Part shown: in pieces, positions 8,365 through 16,833 of the stretch
Position numbering within the stretch: position 1 is the first letter of the stretch
How the letters are laid out: every line of letters begins with the position of its first letter
Assembly: GCA_030616605.1 (NCBI GenBank)
Contig: JAUWWY010000002.1
Location: 184,867-224,477 of the forward strand
Length of the DNA stretch: 39,611 bases
From: a bacterium
Lineage (GTDB): Bacteria; Patescibacteriota; Minisyncoccia; Minisyncoccales; CG1-02-41-26
Direction of reading: 5' to 3'
Translations under genes and position numbers: made by a program
Notes under the pieces: generated by a model
What the model saw: only the letters and a program-made list of their open reading frames with translations
Databases searched by the model: none
What the model was told of the DNA's origin: nothing

Positions 8365-9714
8365 ATGGTAAAATTTCAATCACCAACTGGAATGCGCGAT
8401 CTTCTTGAGGAAGATTTTAAACATTTTCAAAAGATTGAAAGAGTTTGTCAAGAAATAGCAAGATTTTATGGTTTTAAGAGAATCGAAACTCCAATTTTAG
8501 AAGAAAGTGCACTCTTTGAGAAAGGAACCGGTTTTAGCACTGAAATTGTCAAAAAGCAGATGTTTAACTTAGAAACCAAAGGAGGAGACCATTTAGTTTT
8601 AAGGCCGGAAGGAACACCCTCGATTGTTCGAGCCTATCTTGAAAAAGGAATGGAAAGTTTGCCAAAGCCAGTTAAGCTTTGGCATTTTGGTCCCTTTTTC
8701 AGGCATGAAAGACCTCAAGCAGGAAGATACCGCCAGTTTTATCAAGCCGGACTTGAATCTTTAGGTAGTGATTCTTGGATTATAGATTCTCAAATTATCC
8801 AAATTTTTTATAATATATTAAAGAGTCTCGGTTTCAAAAATTTAATCGTTGAGATAAACAGCATCGGTGATTCTCAACACAGGGCTTACTACAAAAAAAA
8901 TTTAGTAAGCTATTTAAAAGATTACCGTAACTCTCTTTGTTCAGATTGTAAAAGGAGATTGCGGGAAAATCCCTTAAGAATTTTAGATTGTAAACAAGAG
9001 AAGTGTCAAAAAATTATCAGAGACGGGACTCCTCAGATTATTGATTATCTTTGTAGAAAATGTAATAATCATTTTAAAAATGTCTTAGAAACCTTGGAAG
9101 AATTAGAGATTTCTTACAAGTTGAATCCTTATTTAGTCCGAGGATTAGATTATTATACCAGAACCGTTTTTGAGATTTTTGAAGAAACAGAACCCACCTT
9201 TTTACCCACCAAAGCCACGTCTGACGTGGCGAAGGCGGGCGCCAGGGATACAGAGAGCGAGGAAGAGAAGAATCAGGAGCCCTTAGCTTTAGCTGGAGGG
9301 GGAAGATACGATGATTTAGTGAAATTATTAGGGGGAAAAGAGACACCGGCTTGCGGTGGCGCTTTAGGAGTAGATAGAATAGTTAATTTAATAAAAAAAA
9401 GAACTAAAAAAACTCGGAAAATTATCAAACATAGAATTTTCTTAGCTCAGATAGGAAAATTTCCCAAAATGAAAGCTTTAAAATTGATGGAAAAGTTTAG
9501 AAAATCTGAAATTAAAATAGCCGAAGCTTTGGATAAAGATTCACTTTCGAGTCAATTGAAATTAGCTGATAAATTGAAGGCTGAATATGTTTTAATTTTG
9601 GGTCAAAAAGAGACCCTTGAAGAAAAAATAATTTTAAGGAATATGAAAACGGGTAAGCAGAAGATAATAGCGATAAAAAAAATAGTTGGAGAAGTTAAAA
9701 AGAAAACAAAATAA
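8365..9714 (+). CDS. hisS: Histidyl-tRNA synthetase, with an in-frame palindromic insert
   Basis: LRPEGT, FRHERPQAGRYRQF, LVRGLDYY, GGGRYD, GVDR. Confidence 0.97.
   Translation: MVKFQSPTGMRDLLEEDFKHFQKIERVCQEIARFYGFKRIETPILEESALFEKGTGFSTEIVKKQMFNLETKGGDHLVLRPEGTPSIVRAYLEKGMESLPKPVKLWHFGPFFRHERPQAGRYRQFYQAGLESLGSDSWIIDSQIIQIFYNILKSLGFKNLIVEINSIGDSQHRAYYKKNLVSYLKDYRNSLCSDCKRRLRENPLRILDCKQEKCQKIIRDGTPQIIDYLCRKCNNHFKNVLETLEELEISYKLNPYLVRGLDYYTRTVFEIFEETEPTFLPTKATSDVAKAGARDTESEEEKNQEPLALAGGGRYDDLVKLLGGKETPACGGALGVDRIVNLIKKRTKKTRKIIKHRIFLAQIGKFPKMKALKLMEKFRKSEIKIAEALDKDSLSSQLKLADKLKAEYVLILGQKETLEEKIILRNMKTGKQKIIAIKKIVGEVKKKTK
9205..9239 (+). repeat. Palindromic module in frame in hisS; 26 nt identical to part of the topA-upstream element
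   Basis: cccacc-aaa-gccacgtc-t-gacgtggc-gaa-ggcggg; 9212-9237 is the exact reverse complement of 5763-5788. Confidence 0.9.
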
Positions 9715-9737
9715 TACGAATCTACGAAATTCGCATT

Positions 9738-10061
9738 ATGTCTTGTCTTTTTTGTAAAATCATAAATAAAGAAATGCCTTCGGAAATAGTTTACGAAGAT
9801 GATAAAATTCTTACTTTTAAAGACATAAATCCGAAAGCGCCGATTCATTTTTTAATTGTTCCCAAAAAGCATATTGAATCAATAAAATCTTTAAATTCAG
9901 AAAGAATAGTAGATAGCTTGATTTTGGCAGCAAAAAATATTGCTGAAAAAAATAAAATTTCAGGATACAAATTAGTTTTTAATGTAGGTCGAGAAGGAGG
10001 TCAGTTAATAGACCATTTACATTTACATTTCCTAGCTGGAAAACCAATAAAAATACCCTAA
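9738..10061 (+). CDS. HIT-family nucleotide-binding protein
   Basis: CLFCKI, DINPKAPIHFLIVPKKH, HLHLH triad. Confidence 0.93.
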   Translation: MSCLFCKIINKEMPSEIVYEDDKILTFKDINPKAPIHFLIVPKKHIESIKSLNSERIVDSLILAAKNIAEKNKISGYKLVFNVGREGGQLIDHLHLHFLAGKPIKIP

Positions 10062-10283
10062 ATGCCTTTAAAAGTTCAAAAACAAGGTAGAGAGTCTTCG
10101 TGGAATTTAATTCGCCGCTTTTCCCAGAAAATTCGCAAAAGCGGGCTTTTAGTTGAAACAAGAAAAAGAATGTTTAAAAGAAAGAAGAAAAGTCATCAAT
10201 TAAAGAAAAGATCAGCTTTAAGAAGAGAGCAAAAAAAGAAAGAATATGAAAGATTGAAAAAAATGGGGAAAAATTTAAAATGA
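10062..10283 (+). CDS. rpsU: Probable 30S ribosomal protein bS21
   Basis: Small basic protein ES...LIRRF......SG....R...F; hisS-HIT-rpsU-ybeY order. Confidence 0.75.
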   Translation: MPLKVQKQGRESSWNLIRRFSQKIRKSGLLVETRKRMFKRKKKSHQLKKRSALRREQKKKEYERLKKMGKNLK

Positions 10284-10702
10284 TTGAAATAAATAATTTA
10301 ACTAATGTTGAGATTGACGAAGATTTTATAAAAAAAATAACTCAGGAAGTTTTAAAAAAAGAAAAAAAACAAGGAAATATTTCTTTAGCCTTCTTGGGTC
10401 CAGCAAGAATGCGAAAAATAAATAAAAAATATCGAGGGAAAAACAAAGTAACTAATGTTTTATCTTTTTCCGAAAATGAAATTTCTTTTAAAAATTTGGG
10501 AGAGATTATTATTTGTTTACGGGAAATTAAAAAATCTTCCCAGAGAATAAATATTTCTTTTGAAAAAGAATTAGCCCGAGTTTTAATCCATGGAATTTTG
10601 CATCTTTTGGGCTATGACCATGAGAAATCAGAAGAGGAAGCAAGAAAAATGGAGGAGAGGGAAGAGTATTACCTTGGGAAAATTCAAACGTCAAATATAT
10701 AA
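10280..10702 (+). CDS. ybeY: rRNA maturation endoribonuclease YbeY
   Basis: NKKYRGK...TNVLSF, LGEI, IHGILHLLGYDH. Confidence 0.95.
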   Translation: MIEINNLTNVEIDEDFIKKITQEVLKKEKKQGNISLAFLGPARMRKINKKYRGKNKVTNVLSFSENEISFKNLGEIIICLREIKKSSQRINISFEKELARVLIHGILHLLGYDHEKSEEEARKMEEREEYYLGKIQTSNI

Positions 10703-10704
10703 TT

Positions 10705-11937
10705 ATGCCAAAATCTATCACTCTCACTGCCTTAGATATAGGGACAAGCTCTTCTAAATTATTAGTAGGGCAAAAAGAATTATATTCTCCAAATATTAAT
10801 ATTTTGGCAAAAGAAGAAATTCCTTATTCGGTTGGGGTTAGAAGGGGTGAGATTTACGATCCCCAAAAAGTAGCTGAGAATATATCTTTTTTAAAAAATA
10901 AACTTCAAAAATCAAAAGGAATTAAAATTAAAAAGGTACTTGCAAACATTAGTGGTCCTCATCTATTCACTCTTAGAAGCCAAGGATTGGTTTCTGTTTC
11001 CCGGGCTGACAAAAAGATTTCTCAAGAAGATATCCAAAGGGTTTTACAAGCTTCCCAGTCTGTTAACCTGCCTTCAAATAAAGAAATTTTGGAGGTTTTA
11101 CCTCAAGAATTTATAGTTGATGGTCAAAGAGGGATAAAAAATCCTTTGGGTTTGGAAGGGATTCGTTTGGAAGATGAGGTTCTTTTAATTTGTATTTTTT
11201 CCTTGGTTTTGGAACATTTGGAAACAGCGATTTTGGAAGCCGGACTTGAAATTGAAGAAGAAGTTATTCCCTCTCCTTTGGCTTCAGCTAGGGCGGTTTT
11301 GAGTCCTGAACAAAAAGAGTTAGGAGTGGCTGTAGTTGATATTGGAGCCGGAACTACTTCCCTTTCTGTTTTTAATGAAGGTAATTTAATAGACTTTACT
11401 GTTTTTCCAATGGGTTCTGCAAATATTACAAATGATATTGCTATTGGATTAAGAACTGAAATAGCTACAGCGGAAAGAATAAAAAGAGAATTTGGTTCTT
11501 TTGATTTATCTTCCCGAAAAAGAAAAACTAAAAAAGGAAAAATTAAAAAAGAAAGAATAGAAATTCCAGAAGAGGGACTTTCTTTTTCTAAAATTTCCTT
11601 AAAGAATATTATAGAATCTCGGGTTTCAGAGATTTTCTTAGAAGTTGCTAAAGACTTAAAAAGAATTTCAAAAAAAACAATTTTACCAGCCGGAGTTATT
11701 TTGACCGGTGGGGGAGCTTCTTTGCCGGGGTTGATAAAATTTGGAAAACAAAAATTTGAACTTCCTTGTTATTTAGCCAAGCCCGAAGAGATTCCTGTGC
11801 TTGAAGATCCAGCTTTTTATACTTGTGCTGGAGTTTTACTTTCTGGATTTGATTTTCAAGAAGGAAAAAGAGAAAAAATAGCTGGAGAGGGAATAAAGAC
11901 AAAATTTAAAAAAATATTTAAAATATTTCTACCCTAA
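10705..11937 (+). CDS. ftsA: Cell division protein FtsA
   Basis: LDIGTS, VDIGAGTT, IT.DIA..L, AERIK, VILTGGGA. Confidence 0.95.
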   Translation: MPKSITLTALDIGTSSSKLLVGQKELYSPNINILAKEEIPYSVGVRRGEIYDPQKVAENISFLKNKLQKSKGIKIKKVLANISGPHLFTLRSQGLVSVSRADKKISQEDIQRVLQASQSVNLPSNKEILEVLPQEFIVDGQRGIKNPLGLEGIRLEDEVLLICIFSLVLEHLETAILEAGLEIEEEVIPSPLASARAVLSPEQKELGVAVVDIGAGTTSLSVFNEGNLIDFTVFPMGSANITNDIAIGLRTEIATAERIKREFGSFDLSSRKRKTKKGKIKKERIEIPEEGLSFSKISLKNIIESRVSEIFLEVAKDLKRISKKTILPAGVILTGGGASLPGLIKFGKQKFELPCYLAKPEEIPVLEDPAFYTCAGVLLSGFDFQEGKREKIAGEGIKTKFKKIFKIFLP

Positions 11938-11943
11938 ACCATT

Positions 11944-12870
11944 ATGTCTATTCCGAAAATAAAAGTAATTGGAATTGGAGGAGCTGGTTGCAATACAATT
12001 TCTCGGCTGACAAAAGCCAACTTAAAAGGAATTGAACTTTTTGCTGCAAATACGGATATCCAGGCTTTAAAGAAAACTTTATCTCCCAATAAAGTTTTAA
12101 TAGGGGAGAAAATAACTGGTGGTTTAGGAACAGGCATGGATTGGGAATTAGGGGAAAAGGCAGCTCAAGAAAGTCAAGAATCTTTGAAAAATATTTTAAA
12201 AGGAGCAGAAATTGTTTTTTTAACCTGCGGATTGGGCGGGGGATCGGGTACATTTGGTATTTCAGTTCTAGGAAAGTTAGCTCAAGATTTGAAAATATTA
12301 ACTTTAGCTATTGTTACTTTACCCTTTTCTTTTGAAGGAAATTCAAGAAAAAGATTAGCAAAAAGAGGATTGAAAAAGCTTCAAGAAAATGTTGATGCCT
12401 TTTTAGTTATTCCCAATGACCGTATTTTAAAAGTAACCGCAAGAAACATTTCAATTGAAGATGCTTTTTTGAAAATTGATAGAGTTTTAGTCAACTCTTT
12501 GGAGGGAATCTCCGATTTGCTTTTACTTCCCGGAATTATCAGTCTTGACTTCGCTGATGTAGAAGAGATATTAAGAAATTCCGGAAGAACTTTATTTGGA
12601 CAGGGAAAAGCAAAAGGGGAACAAAGAGCGATTTCAGCCGCCAGTCAAGCCCTACAGTCTTCCCTGCTTGATTTTTCACCCAAAAAAGCAAAAGGAATTT
12701 TATTTAATGTCAGGGGAAGGGATGTTGCTTTGTCTGAGGTTCATTTGGTAGCCAACTTTATAAAAAAATTAGCTGACACAAAAACAAAAATAATCTTTGG
12801 AGTTTCTGAAGATAAGAGTTTGGAAAAGGGTGAAATAAAAGTCATCTTAATTGCAACCGGAATTCGATGA
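11944..12870 (+). CDS. ftsZ: FtsZ, divergent and lacking the C-terminal tail
   Basis: IKVIGIGGAG.N, NTD.QAL, GLGGGSGT, PFSFEG, LDFADV; ends at IATGIR. Confidence 0.9.
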   Translation: MSIPKIKVIGIGGAGCNTISRLTKANLKGIELFAANTDIQALKKTLSPNKVLIGEKITGGLGTGMDWELGEKAAQESQESLKNILKGAEIVFLTCGLGGGSGTFGISVLGKLAQDLKILTLAIVTLPFSFEGNSRKRLAKRGLKKLQENVDAFLVIPNDRILKVTARNISIEDAFLKIDRVLVNSLEGISDLLLLPGIISLDFADVEEILRNSGRTLFGQGKAKGEQRAISAASQALQSSLLDFSPKKAKGILFNVRGRDVALSEVHLVANFIKKLADTKTKIIFGVSEDKSLEKGEIKVILIATGIR

Positions 12871-13595
12871 TTATTGGCGGGCTTCAAAAACTAACTCTAA
12901 TTGATTATCCTGGTAAAATAGCCTGTACAGTTTTTTTACAGGGGTGTAATTATCGCTGTCCTTTTTGCTATAACCCAGAACTTGTTTCAAGAGAGGAAAT
13001 TAAAAAACATCTTCCAATTCCAGAAAAAGATTTTTTCCAATTTTTAAAACAGGGACTATTACCAAACAACAATAGTTCCCGTTTGGAAGGAGTCTCTGTT
13101 GGAGGAGGGGAACCTACCATTAACCAGGATTTACCCAAATTTTGCCAAAAGATTAAGAAACTGGGCTACAATTTAAAAATTGATACCAATGGTTCAAATC
13201 CTGATATGTTAAAAGATTTAATTGACCGAAAATTGGTAGATTACATTGCCATGGATGTTAAAGCTCCCCCAAAAAAGTATTGTCGAGTGATTGGTTTAAA
13301 GGATTGTTCAAATTATTATCTTTTGAGCAGGATTGAAGAAAGCATAAATATTTTGAAACAAGGTAAAGTAGATTATGAATTTCAAACAACTGTCACTCCA
13401 ACTTTATTAAAAAAAGAAGATATTTTAAAAATTGTTCATTGGATAGCTCCAGCAAAAAAATACGTTTTGCAAAATTTTGAGTCAGAAAAAACAGTTGACC
13501 CAAAATTTGAAAAAATTAAACCTTATCCCAAAGATTTTCTCTTTTCTCTTCAGAAAATAATCTCTCCATTTTTTGAAATCTCCGAAGTCAGATAA
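12867..13595 (+). CDS. nrdG: Radical SAM protein, anaerobic ribonucleotide reductase activase-like
   Basis: TLIDYPG, GCNYRCPFCYN (CxxxCxxC), GGEPT, KIDTNG, DYIAMDVK. Confidence 0.8.
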   Translation: MIIGGLQKLTLIDYPGKIACTVFLQGCNYRCPFCYNPELVSREEIKKHLPIPEKDFFQFLKQGLLPNNNSSRLEGVSVGGGEPTINQDLPKFCQKIKKLGYNLKIDTNGSNPDMLKDLIDRKLVDYIAMDVKAPPKKYCRVIGLKDCSNYYLLSRIEESINILKQGKVDYEFQTTVTPTLLKKEDILKIVHWIAPAKKYVLQNFESEKTVDPKFEKIKPYPKDFLFSLQKIISPFFEISEVR

Positions 13596-13599
13596 AATT

Positions 13600-14211
13600 A
13601 TGTTTCCCCTTTATCCTCAAATCAGAATACCGGGTAAAAAATCCTGGTTGATTATTTTTTTAATCGCTTTAAATACAACTCTTTTTTTAATTTCCTTGTC
13701 CAGACTTGAAGAGTTTATTTTTAAATACGGTATGATTCCAACAAAAATTTTTCAGGGTGAAGGTTCTTTAACCATATTCAGTTCAATGTTTTTCCATGCA
13801 AGTTTTTGGCATCTTTTCGGCAATATGTGGTTTTTGTGGGTATTTGGAAATAATCTGGAAAGAAAGTTGGGAAAAGTAAAATTTTTAGCTTTTTATATTA
13901 TTTGCGGGGTTTGTTCAGCTTTGATTTATTTACTTTTAGCTTCCCAAAAATCTATTCCCGCTATTGGAGCATCAGGGGCAATTTCCGGGGTTTTAGGTGG
14001 CTATTTAATTCTTTTCCCCAAGCACAAAATTATCAGTTTAGTTCCAATTTTCTTTTTTATCCAATTGATTGCTGTTCCAGTTTTAATTTTTATTGGCATC
14101 TGGTTTTTGTATCAACTTTTATATATTGGTTCTCAAACAATGATTGCTTATTGGGCCCACATTGGCGGTTTTCTTTCAGGTATCATTTTGATAAGATTTT
14201 TTGCTAAATAG
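13600..14211 (+). CDS. Rhomboid-family intramembrane serine protease
   Basis: SMFFHA...HLFGNM, GASGAISG, AHIGGF; ATG at 13600 avoids overlap with the upstream gene. Confidence 0.93.
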   Translation: MFPLYPQIRIPGKKSWLIIFLIALNTTLFLISLSRLEEFIFKYGMIPTKIFQGEGSLTIFSSMFFHASFWHLFGNMWFLWVFGNNLERKLGKVKFLAFYIICGVCSALIYLLLASQKSIPAIGASGAISGVLGGYLILFPKHKIISLVPIFFFIQLIAVPVLIFIGIWFLYQLLYIGSQTMIAYWAHIGGFLSGIILIRFFAK

Positions 14212-14215
14212 CCGT

Positions 14216-15424
14216 ATGACTCTTTCTAAGGTGCTTTCTTATTCTCTACTTTCCTTTGTTGGAGGGGTTTTTATTTCCTCTTTTTTAAATGTTCCCCAGT
14301 TTATAATTTATGAACTTTTTGTTTTAGGAATTTTTTATTCTTTAATTTTTTTCAAAGAAAAAGCAATTCTTGTTTTTGGAATCTTTTTAATAGTTCTTGG
14401 TTTTGGTATTTTTAGGACCGAGATAGCAAAGCCAGGTATTTCAGAACATGGATATTATGAAACTAATGAATCTCTTTCAGTAGTTGAAGAAAAGATTTAT
14501 CCATTAAAATATAAACTAAGAGAGATTATTTATGAGAACTTCTCACCACCGAACTCTTCAATTCTGGCAGCCCTGACCTTAGGCGATAAACAATATATTT
14601 CCAAAGAGTGGAAACAAAAACTGAATATTGCCGGAGTTCGTCATATAACTGCCGTGTCAGGACTACATGTGGTGATTGTAAGTGGTATTTTACTTTGGTT
14701 AGGTATAAGAATAGGATTATATCGCGGTCAGGCGTTTTATTTTGCTTTGTTTTTTCTTTGGTTTTTTATATTAATGATTGGTTTTCAACCATCCGCGGTC
14801 AGAGCTGGCATTATGGGTTCAATGTTGCTTTTTTGTCAGAAAATAGGACGACAGAGAGTGACTGATAGGGCATTATTGCTAACAGCAGCTGTAATGCTTG
14901 CTATTAACCCATTACTTTTAAGGTATAATGTTGGTTTTCAGTTGTCGTTTTTGGCAACCTTGGGCATAATTTATTTGATGCCTTTCCTCCAAAATCTTTT
15001 TGAAAGGATAAAGTTAACAAAACTTGGTGAAGTGAGCAATCTTTTAGCAATGACTTTTTCAGCCCAGATTTTTGTCCTGCCAATTTTAATTTATAATTTT
15101 GGACAATTTTCTTTAGTTTCGCCAATCACCAATGTTTTAATTGTTCCCTTACTTCCATACATTATGATAGCCGGATTTATTTTCTTAATTGGCGGATTGT
15201 TATGGCAGGGTTTAGGTTGGATTTTATCATTTCCTGTTTGGTTTTTATTGAGTTATGTCACAGGAATAGTTGATTTATTCTCCAGATTTTCTTTTTCATC
15301 CATTGTCTTTCAAATCTCTTGGATTTGGCTGCCAATTTTTTACTTAATTATAGGTTATTTACTTTGGTATATTCAAAAGAAAAAAAATATGTTAAAATTT
15401 TATGTATGGACTGGCAAAAAATAA
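14216..15424 (+). CDS. comEC: ComEC/Rec2 competence channel, core domain only
   Basis: LGDK, G..HITAVSGLHV, PSAVRA..M, GFQLSF.AT. Confidence 0.92.
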   Translation: MTLSKVLSYSLLSFVGGVFISSFLNVPQFIIYELFVLGIFYSLIFFKEKAILVFGIFLIVLGFGIFRTEIAKPGISEHGYYETNESLSVVEEKIYPLKYKLREIIYENFSPPNSSILAALTLGDKQYISKEWKQKLNIAGVRHITAVSGLHVVIVSGILLWLGIRIGLYRGQAFYFALFFLWFFILMIGFQPSAVRAGIMGSMLLFCQKIGRQRVTDRALLLTAAVMLAINPLLLRYNVGFQLSFLATLGIIYLMPFLQNLFERIKLTKLGEVSNLLAMTFSAQIFVLPILIYNFGQFSLVSPITNVLIVPLLPYIMIAGFIFLIGGLLWQGLGWILSFPVWFLLSYVTGIVDLFSRFSFSSIVFQISWIWLPIFYLIIGYLLWYIQKKKNMLKFYVWTGKK

Positions 15425-16779
15425 AACAATTTTTAAATAAAGATATCTTGCAGATAGGTCAACCAAAGAAAAAAAGAGTTGCCAAAAAGAGCAGAGCCCC
15501 AAAAAGAAACCGAGTTAATTCTTGGCTGGCTGGTTTGATTGTTCTTGCATTTTTTCTTGGGGTTTTTGGAGGTCTTTATTTTAAGGATTATATTCAGCCT
15601 ATTTTAAAAAACCTTTTCTCAGAATCTCAACCTCAACTTCAAACTCAACCTTCAACAACCCAATCTCAAGCTTATTCTCCTCAGACCAGCCAAGAAAAAG
15701 CAGTAATTGAGGTGGTTAAAAAAGTTTCTTCTTCAGTAGTAAGTATTATTATTACCAAAGACTTACCGGTTTATAAAGAATATTATGAAAGTCCTTTTGA
15801 AGGATTTGAAGAATTTTTTGGCGACGATCCTCTTTTCGAGTTTAAAGTCCCCAAATATCGTCAGGAGGGAACAGAAAAAAAGACAATTGGTGGAGGTACA
15901 GGTTTTATTATTTCTGAGGATGGTTTAATTTTAACCAACAGACATGTTGTTTCTGATGAGGAAGCAGATTATATAGTTATTACTAATAAAGGAGAAAAAT
16001 ATCAGGCTCAACTTTTAGCCCGGGATCCTTTTCAGGATTTGGCAGTTTTAAAGATTGAAGGAGAAAATACTATTAGCGGAGATGGAAATTTAACGGAGAA
16101 GAACTTCTCGGTTTTAAAACTTGGCGATTCCTCTATGCTCGAAATCGGTCAAAGTGTTATTGCTATTGGAAATGCCCTAGGAGAATTTCGGAATACTGTT
16201 TCAGTTGGTGTAATTTCAGGACTGGGCAGAAGAATTACTGCCTCAGGTGGAGGAATCGTTGAAACCCTGGAAGATGTCATTCAAACCGATGCTGCAATTA
16301 ATAGAGGAAATTCCGGGGGACCTTTATTAAATTTAAAAGGAGAAGTAATTGGAGTGAATGTTGCTATGGCTCAAGAAGCTCAAAGTATTGGTTTTGCTAT
16401 TCCAATTAATAAAGCAAAAAAAGCCATAGAACAGGTTAAAACCTTGGGTAAAATCGTTTATCCCTTTTTGGGAATAAGATATATTTTAATAACGCCCGAA
16501 ATCCAAGAAGGGAAAAATCTAAAAGTAGATTACGGAGTTTTAATTATTGGCGGAGATAACCCTGATAATCCGGCTATTATTCCCGGTTCTCAAGCTGAAA
16601 AAGCAGGTCTTCAAGAAAACGACATAATTTTAGAAGTTGATGGAGAAAAAATTACTTTAGAGAATTCTTTAGCCCAAATTATTAGAGCTCATCAGCCAGG
16701 AGATAAATTAATTTTAAAAATCTTAAGACAAGATAAAGAAATAACAATTGAAGCAACTTTAGGCGAAAAAACCAGCTAA
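15406..16779 (+). CDS. htrA: HtrA/DegP-like membrane-anchored serine protease with one PDZ domain
   Basis: TM segment, GTGFII, LTNRHVV, DLAVLKI, IQTDAAINRGNSGGPL, PDZ; start chosen at MDWQK. Confidence 0.92.
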   Translation: MDWQKIKQFLNKDILQIGQPKKKRVAKKSRAPKRNRVNSWLAGLIVLAFFLGVFGGLYFKDYIQPILKNLFSESQPQLQTQPSTTQSQAYSPQTSQEKAVIEVVKKVSSSVVSIIITKDLPVYKEYYESPFEGFEEFFGDDPLFEFKVPKYRQEGTEKKTIGGGTGFIISEDGLILTNRHVVSDEEADYIVITNKGEKYQAQLLARDPFQDLAVLKIEGENTISGDGNLTEKNFSVLKLGDSSMLEIGQSVIAIGNALGEFRNTVSVGVISGLGRRITASGGGIVETLEDVIQTDAAINRGNSGGPLLNLKGEVIGVNVAMAQEAQSIGFAIPINKAKKAIEQVKTLGKIVYPFLGIRYILITPEIQEGKNLKVDYGVLIIGGDNPDNPAIIPGSQAEKAGLQENDIILEVDGEKITLENSLAQIIRAHQPGDKLILKILRQDKEITIEATLGEKTS

Positions 16780-16833
16780 TCCACTTGATTTTTTATCCTC
16801 TCTTTGCTAAGTTGAAATATTAAATAATTTATT

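Noticed and set aside
15625-15670. NNTCAA hexamer run in htrA
   Set aside because: Codon-phased (xQ)n low-complexity linker; ordinary
16780-16833. CIRCE operator upstream of clpB
   Set aside because: No TTAGCACTC-N9-GAGTGCTAA match
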